This document shows positions 55,101-64,000 of a stretch of 64,000 nucleotides of DNA, piece by piece. Source of the DNA: the human T2T-CHM13v2.0 reference genome, Homo sapiens; the NCBI RefSeq assembly GCF_009914755.1, contig NC_060934.1. One strand, written 5' to 3'. The position numbers were made by a program, and so were the translations under genes. Below the pieces are notes generated by a model. The model made no database searches. It was given only the letters and a program-made list of their open reading frames with translations, and had not been told where the DNA came from. Numbering within the stretch: position 1 is the stretch's first letter; each line of letters starts with the position of its first letter.

Positions 55101-58100
55101 CTTTGCCCTAATTTCCCCCATTTCTTGATTAAGAGGGAAAAAAAACAAAAGATACCTCCCATTGTACATTAAGTGTTTCTGTAAACTGTCAGAAATCCTT
55201 TTCGGGAAGGAGGCAGAATATAAATAAGTAAATATAAATAAATAAATGAGCTTTGTCTTCTTCCCCCAGGGTGCCCCCTCTGCTTGGATTCAGGTCATCT
55301 ACATGTCTATTTATGATCTATTTTCAAATTTCAGGATTGTGACTGTGTAAGCAGGAACCACAGAGCTGGCTCTGGAGCCAAGACACCTGCCAAAGCTGAC
55401 ACTGCACAGAGTACCGCCATCCGTGTGCAGGCTGGTGCCCACCCAGAGGGCCCTGGGGAAGATGCCAGAGCAGCCGCAGTGTGGAGAGGACCTGTGAGCA
55501 CTCCAGACTGGGCAGCACTATCCAGGAGAATCATGGATAATATAGAGGTGTCTCTCTCCCTGGGTCTCAGCTTGAATTTATAGAACATGGCAGCTTGGAA
55601 GAAAGACCACCTCTTAGGGTGAAAATGGGTCTCAAAGCTCCCTGTGCAGTGCCCAGATCCAAGTATGCTTCCTATTATTAAACAGCCCCTCTGGTGACAC
55701 AGGCAGGCTTCAGAGGATGCCCTTTCAGCTGTAGCTTTATGAATTCCTTTGCCACAATTAAAGCAGCAAACACTTTCAGGTTTCACAGCTGAGAGGAAGG
55801 AACCAGGCTGGCTTCAGAACTGCCCATGGATGGGACAATCCCCCAGGAACCCAGGAGATTTAGGGGCCTCACAGTCAGGGTAGCAGAGGCCAAGAGCAGG
55901 GGGTGGGTCCTGAACATCCCCACACTGTGGCACTGTGATCTCATTCAATGCAAACCTACAGTCCAAACACAAGTGCAGTTTGCAAGTCTGAGTGATCAGG
56001 CCCTGGGACCCTCTGGCTTCCCCCAGGCTGAAGAGCCCCAAGTTCTGCAGTGGCAGCACCCGCCCTCATGGCTCTTGGCATCCACACCTGCTCTTCCATC
56101 TCCGGAGAGCCCTCTCCCTTTTCCTGACTCTGCCTCTGGCCTCAGCTTAGATTTACTTTGTCTGGAAGCTTTTCCCAGTGGGCAATTCATCCTCCTCCAG
56201 CCAGGCTGGGACCACTGCTGCATGTTCCTGGGTCCACCCACCTCTCCTATCACAGCGCTCCAGCATGACTGAGCCTGTCCACCAAAGCGGGTGAGGGCCA
56301 GCCCCAGATGTGGGAGGACAAGGCTGTGTTTCCCTTCGTCCCCTGTCATTCCCCAGCACCTGAATCCATGACTGGCAGATACCAGGAACTCAATAAATAT
56401 AGACGGAACAAGAGAATGATTAAATGAGATGACACAGAGGCTGCCAAGCCCCAGCAGTTTGTCACTAGGCAATTGTCCTCAGGGGACCTGGCTCCACACC
56501 CAGAGGCCATTTCAGGCCTTGGGAAAGGGAAACTGGAAAGAAACAAACAAGGTCTGCATCTGTGAGGAGACTGCAGGACAGGCAGATGATGAAGGAGATT
56601 CAGAGTGGGGCAAAAGGATGTTTCTATCAAAGGAAGGTCCTGTCTGGGCAGAGGGAGTGGGGGGAAGGGTGTGGAGTTCAGGCCATGTCAGTATGGGGCA
56701 CCAGGGGATGCTGGGGTCACTAGGTTTGGGGCAGGCCCTGTCCTGAGTCAGACCAGGAGCCTCCTGGCAGGGAGCAGCCAGGCCCTTGGTCCCCTCGCCT
56801 TCTGTCTGGGTCAGGTGCATATGAGAATGGTCACCTCCCTGCTCTATGATTGGGCATCTGAGACAGAGAACAGCAGTGGCTGACTGTGCAGGGCCACCCG
56901 GCTTCTCAACCACCCGCTCCTCACAACCTCTCAAGTGCCTTGACCAAGCCCTTGTCCTGGCTGCACAGGACCCTCTCTCCCCAGCTCCTCTGCTCTTTAG
57001 AGACCAGGCACAGCCCCGCTCTCTCTGAGCAGAGTAGAGAAACTTGCTGGGATTTGGTTCTAGCCTTCCTGAGGGCCTGGGGGCAACACACTCTACTGCC
57101 TCCATGGTTATCTACTCCCCTTCTAATCCTGCCTTTCCCAGAGACAACGAGTGACTTCATCCCTAGCGATGGCCACCCATGGTGACAGAAGCACACCAGA
57201 CAGGCAGTGACACCCAATATCGATACCCACCTGGCAGCTCAGGTCCGAGCAGAACACAGATGTCCTCAGATAAGAGCATTTCAGGGAGCCCACAGACGAC
57301 GTGACTGAGTCCAGGTTGGCCCCCAAATCCAACAGGAGGCCAAGCAAGGCAGAAACTGTGTTGTGGTTTCCAGCCACACCCAGGCCATGAAAGATGCCCC
57401 ATGGCGAGATGGAGCACAGGACCTGAAGGCAGAGGCCAAAACCCTGACTGGCGCAATGCAGATCTTAGAAGAATTTTCTGAAAGTTCCCTTCCATTTTGA
57501 ATCCTGAAAATTATGGAGAGATACACATCCAGGACAAAGTGAATCAAAAACTTGGAAAGAGAGAACTCACCAATTCTCACAGAAGCCAAGGACGGCCCCA
57601 GCAAGCTCCTGACCCTGGTCCCCAGTCCCTCCCTACACTTTCTGAAACAGGGAGCCAGCTCTCTTTGAAGGTGAATGATAACCAGAAAGAAAGTGACAAT
57701 ATATATATGAACAGAATGTCCCCAAATCATGAGTAAGGGAGGGAGAAGCCAGCATGGGGAGAAAAGCAGATAAAGAAAATGTAACAATCGATCACAAGGA
57801 ATTATCTCTTAGGGGAAAAAAGATTAATAGTTCAGGCAAATATTCTCCCCAGTCTCAAAAAAGTTACAGAGAACATGGTCTCTTGAAGGAAAAAGAAATC
57901 TAAGAAGAGATACAAGAGTTCAAAGAAGAGATTATAAAACAACAGACAGAGATGAAAAGCAAATAGTTCAGCTTAGGGAAGAGACAAAGCCAGGGGACCC
58001 TGGGCTTTTGTGCAGGGGGCATAGGGAGAGGGCTGGGCTGTGGTCCAATGGGGAAGATGCAGTGTCAGAAATAAGAGAAGCAGCTGAGTCCCTGGGGCCC

Positions 58101-59933
58101 CCAGGCAGGAGGCCAGGGAGCCAGTCCAAAAGAGTGTCCTCACCTTAGGTTCTGGAAGCCTAAGTGTATTCATGAGCTAGTGCATAACTTAAGTTATCTA
58201 CCCAAGCTGGCCAAACCACAGAGCATGGCTTTCCCCAAATCCTCCTGCCACAGGCCTGGGACCTCAGCCTCCCTGAAACCATCATCTACACCATTGAAGG
58301 ATTATGCCTCAACTGCCAGTGCCACCAGAGATCCGCCCTGATGCTCGAAGCTCCTGACGGTGGCAGCAGTCGCAGCCACAGCAGCAGGAAGAAACAAGTT
58401 GTAGCTGTCAGCTCTAAAATGCAGACAGTGTTGTCCCCATCTCTGGATGATGCCACAGCACTTGGGGCCTCAAATAAATCCTGTATTCATATTTCCACCA
58501 GTGGAGGGAGCCCTGGCGAGGTGCCTTTCAATATTTTTAAAATGATTTTCACTCTTGGCTGCACTTCATAAGTCATCAGACACTGGAAGCCAGAATCCTC
58601 TTTCTTGCTGGAATGATTTGTTCTCTGGCAGGATATAGGGTTTATGACTCTGGAGGAATCCAGCTTGAGATCTGAGCTGAGAGGTGCCGAAGGCCTCAGG
58701 ATCCTGGTCTCTCTCTTTCCACTCCTCACAATGCTGGCTAAATGAAGTGACTGCTGCAGCTCTGTCCAAGCACCCAGATCCATGGGGCAGGTTCAAAGGC
58801 AGGGCCACTCCAGACCTCTCAGGAAGCTGTGTTCTTCCTCTCAAGCTCGAAGCCTCTTCCTCCTGGTATCCCAGTGGAATGATGGAAATGACACCCAGAG
58901 TCCTGCAGGGAGTAGGCCACAATGACCCTTATTCTGAGTTCCCGTCAGAGTACTTACAGGGCTCTGAGAAGGTGGGCCAGCAGAGCAGACAGAGAAGTGT
59001 CAGCAGGAGCACTTGCCTGTCACAATGATGGCAGTGAGGAAGGCATGAAACATTTCAGATTAAGTCAGATGCCTACTCCGATGTCATCAGTACCTGCTTC
59101 AGGGCTCTGCCACACCCTTGTCCCATCCCTCCCTTAGCTTTTTCATGATACAACTTCTGGCAAGTGCCACATATTAGCTCCAGAGTGCAGGCATGCCTCC
59201 TTTCTGGAGCTCAACACTCTCGATGGGCTTTGAAGCCTTTCCACGTCCAATTTCCATCTTCCTCTCCCAAAGGGTTCCATGATCCAGCCATGCGAAATCC
59301 ACTGCCTCAACCAGAAGCAACTCCTGGCACTTCCATGTGCACTCCTTGAGTGGCATCCTGCAGGGACTCTGCTGGTGCATCTTCTGCTGGATCCTTAGCC
59401 TGCCCCCACCTAGCAGCTGCTGTCCATCCAGCAGCACAGGTGTGCTCTCCGCAATCAAGCTGCACTTGAACCTCCACTAAGCAATCACTTTCTCTTCTGG
59501 AGTCTCTTACCCAGCTCCTCTTACATGCATTGTCTGTCAGTGATCTCAATTTTAAGCTCTTGGAGACAAAGACCATATTTCTTACTCATAACTTTATCTG
59601 CATAACCCAGCCCAGGCCTGGAAGAAGGTCAGGAAAGACATGACTGGAGGAATCCAGTTCTGCCCTTGGACCAACAGCTATCATGTGAGTTTTCCAGCCT
59701 CTTCAGGGTCTGATGGTCTCTGCAGGGCTTCACCATTTGGCATCTCTGCTACGCTCACTGATAGTAACATTTACAAGGTACGGCACATACAAAATACTCC
59801 ACAAATGATAGCTATTACTACCATGGTAAAGGTAATGAAAACTATATGAAAAAATAAAAGCATTATTATAGTGAGAATCAATCAACAGTGGGAAGGAAAA
59901 CTCACTGGTCTTAGGTTGAATGATTTAACCTGG

Positions 59934-60225
59934 CATTTTCTAAAATGAACTCTGCAGAGCATTCCTGGGATAGTCCTGGGTCCTACCAGGAATGACAACA
60001 AGAACAAAAGCCCTGCATTAAATGAATTTAGGAAGAAAAACTGGAAACAACAGAATTAAACAGATTTCTTTACTACAGACTTTTAATATGCTAATGTGTA
60101 TTGTGAATCATGATAAGATAGATTTAACATGCAGCATTTCCCATACTTAGTTCTCTCCGGGGTCTTTCCTTCAAGAAGCATCTCCTTGAAGGACAGCATC
60201 TCCGAGCACACTTTTGGAAATGCTG
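59934..60225. mobile_element. MER103C-like hAT-Charlie relic
   Basis: TTAAACAGATTTCTTTACTACAG..TTTAATATGCTAATGTGTATTGTGAATC..TGCAGCATTTCCCA..CACACTTTTGGAAATGCTG. Confidence 0.6.
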
Positions 60226-61899
60226 AATTAATCTCTCTGTCAGAACAGGTGTTTCAATGGATTGTTTTTACCCAAATGAAGGCTGTAGATTTTCCACTGC
60301 TGAGGTTATTTGGTTAGCCTCTACCCAGCCTGCCATAATGATTTAAATATCAACTCTGTTATCCATCATTTTAGCTGCTTAATATGATCAGTAACCTAAT
60401 CATTTATATGATTTATAACATAGGACAAAAACAAGCACAGCTATTTCCGTCCCTGAGATTGAATCTCAGAGCATCGGTGCTAAAGAGAAAATGTGTGTCA
60501 GGCAGTGAATGTTTTCAGGATCATGTTCACAATAAAGTCAATAATGAATTTTATAAGTGTGTTTCTAATCATGCTCTTGAATGAAAGCCAGTGACATCAC
60601 ACCAAAAATATTTGATTAAATGGATCTTCACAGAGGAAAGCAATTCTCCACTGGAAGAATCTTGCTGATTATAAACGTTAGTGTCCAAAGGATTGACAGA
60701 TTGAATAGCTGTCAGGTAATCTACTAAAAGTGTTGTTTCTCTCAATCTACCTTTGATGGGGGTTAAGTAATGGCAATGGCAAATTCAAAGTTTTACTTCT
60801 AAGCCAGTGCCTGCGGTGCAGCCAGTAGTATTTACCACTGGGTGCTAATAGACCCAAGTGATGTAAAGGCAGCTGATGTGGAGATAAGACCCTGCATTTG
60901 CCTCCTGTAATCATAAGACAGTATAGCCATGCCCTTGAGGTCAAACACTGATGTAGAAGTGTGAAGCTGACATACTGCCAAGTGATTGCTTTTCCTGCCT
61001 GAAAGACACAGCAAATTCAAGGTGGATTACTTACCAACCTCTTGCACTATTTACATAGGTCTCCAGTTGAAAATGGCAGATGACACATTCTCCCCCAACT
61101 TCTAACTAAATATTTATAAAGACACAGAAATGATGAAAATATAGAAAAAAGATGAAGACAATACTGACAGTCATCCCACTGTAAATATTAGGAATTTCCC
61201 TTGAATATAGGTAGATGGATATGGATCGAGAAATATAATCACTGGACTACCTATGCTTTTGTTCAAAAGACAGGACAGCCTCGCCACTCTGAATCACCAC
61301 AGAAGGATATTCTAACATCATTCATTCCTTCTTTGCTTGTTCTTGAAATTGGAGGCCCAAGGTTTATGTCAAATTGAATAGTACATAGCAATTCCTCTAC
61401 TGTGTGCTTCCTGTTCCTGGGGCAGCCAGACCATTTTCTGCATCTCCCCAAACATATGACAGCAAAAGATTCTAAAAGGTGTTCTGCAGCATGTCAGTCT
61501 TACAAGACGCACCTCAGAGAGCTTCATCTAGTCCTATCTCAAAAAGCCACAGTCATCAAAGGCTCTCAGAAGCCATTTAGTAAACAATCCTGTAATGATT
61601 TTGTTTAATTCAATATTTCTTAAATGCACTTGAATACAAGGCATTTTTATTTTTCATTTATCATCTATACACATCCTGAAGAACTAGTGTTCCCTGAAAC
61701 ATATTTTCAGAAAATGCTCTAAATTAATTTAGGGAAAACAATTACCAGGAAACAGGAAGACAGAAAACAGGAAGTGGAGGAGAAAGGAGACAGGCAACGG
61801 CACGTCGAATCCTGGCACCCATAATGCCCACCAGCAAAGCACATTTGGCCAAGACAGATTACAAAGAATCTCAACATCTTACAGCAGGGCTTGCAGTTG

Positions 61900-63300
61900 C
61901 TTGCTGAGCAATCTAGAGAAAGTGACCATGGGTAGAACAATGCACACAACAGTAAACAACATCTTCCAAATGATTCAGAGGACATGTTTATAATGAAACT
62001 GTTATGAAGAACTGAAGGAAGAAAACAGACTGAGATGGAGAGTCACAGGAAGAGACAGAAAAAATGACAAGCTGAGCTTAAAAGGGGAGCTGGGGAGTTA
62101 AGGGAGGGTTGCAAACAAAACCAAACCTCTAATCCCAGCATTGGAATTGACGAAGAAAAGACTGGATCAGTCATGGGAAGCCTTCTCTTCCTGACAATGT
62201 GAAAGGAATGGTCAGAGATAGCAATGACAAGGACAAGGGGAATGGTGTGGAGAGAATAGAGAATAAAGATCAAAGCTGGAATCACAGATAATTCTGGGAA
62301 AACTAATGCACAAACCAGAAAACCCACAAAACTTTGACAGGCTCAAAGAAGACACCATTGGAGAAATACTTTTGAATTTCAAAATAATCAACTGTAAGCC
62401 AAAGGGACTTATCACACTCTAAACAAAGTTCTTAAAATAAACCTAGACATATTGTGATTAAAATATTAATTGGACAAAGAATACATACTATAACAAATTC
62501 TTACAGAGAAAAAATGGTATTAACTAAAAATCTGCTTTATTTCAGACCTTCCATTTTATACCCTAGAAACAACAACAGAAAGGAGTAAATGTCTCCAACT
62601 TATGTAATGCCACAAGAAGTGCATTCCGGACTAAGAAGCCCATTGCAAGATATAAAAGGCTCAGAAATAATCAAAAGTGGCTTGCTTGGAAAAACAGCGT
62701 GAATATATAATCTAGCCACTCTGAAAATTAAGAGATCTAGATGGGCAAATCATGGTAGAAAAGCAATGACTTTGAACACTGAAATAATTTAAGCTCATAG
62801 TTAAAATGATCTAACTCAAAAAAAAAAAAGAGCAAATAACCTTTCAGAACAATTTGACATCAGACTTTTCAAGAGCAACAGAAGCATTAGTTTCAATAAG
62901 ACAATGGAGTAAGGTATTTTAAGGCATTTTAAGTAAAAGAACATTAAATCTGAAATTTTATATCCAGACAAATTGCCTTTCAAACGTCATAAAAATATTT
63001 TCAGACATACAAGGAAGGCTTCATTGGTTTTGTCTAACAATGACCCATTTTAGAAAGACTTTGTGATAAAGTATCCAAATAAGAAAAGAAACAAACCTAA
63101 CAAATGCTGCAGGAGATACATGAAGTAGGAGTGATAAAATACCTGGAAAATTTTATTTTGTCTTTTAAAAGGCTAAGAGCACTCCCAAATGGAAAGGATA
63201 AAGTGTATATATAAGAAACCAAAATGGGAATGAAAGAGAATAGCAGGATGATATGGTATGAAGCTGTTAAATTTCTTATTATTGAAAAAGAGTTTTTTAA
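61900..63300 (+). mobile_element. HAL1 / ancient L1 ORF1-like relics
   Basis: A-rich strand bias with ORF1-type motifs CCTAGACATATT, GACATCAGACTTTTCAAGAGCAACA, AAGACAATGGAGTAA, AATTTTATATCCAGACAAATTG. Confidence 0.5.
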
Positions 63301-63346
63301 AAAACCTCAAAACACTGGATAATTTAAATCAAAATTTCAAATTTCC

Positions 63347-64000
<654 letters not shown>

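Noticed and set aside
55331-59576. Dense cluster of 100-197-aa ORFs on both strands
   Set aside because: Explained by higher GC content (fewer stops). They overlap in conflicting frames, many have non-ATG starts, and none resembles a protein family I recognise.

Overview
This is primate nuclear DNA, most likely human (inferred from the Alu J/S content and an L1 with human-lineage 3'UTR diagnostics). It is non-coding and repeat-rich, and reads as intergenic or deep intronic. I recognise no host protein-coding exon, RNA gene, CRISPR array or prokaryote-type system. The only protein homologies I recognise are LINE-1 ORF0, ORF1 and ORF2. Main structures: (1) an apparently complete MLT1 (ERVL-MaLR) LTR-int-LTR provirus at ~8.8-13.0 kb, carrying nested MER20, MADE1 and a very young 5'-truncated L1 (ACG/A type); (2) a full-length but disabled L1PA3-type element at 35452-41618 with a 9-bp TSD, which retains the ~129-bp ZNF93-binding segment and an open antisense ORF0 and sits inside two older L1s; (3) four Alus plus many MIR, L2, L1M and DNA-transposon relics. 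Signals not explained by the repeat annotation: three local templated copies (146 bp direct, 38 bp inverted, 21 bp direct), two of which have an 8-bp stem/9-nt loop at the junction; a pair of fold-back palindromes at ~5.1-5.3 kb; a non-consensus base shared by the two young L1s; and repeat-free clusters of POU, homeodomain and SOX motifs. Repeat subfamily names come from recalled consensus sequences and need RepeatMasker/Dfam confirmation. Boundaries of the old elements are approximate.
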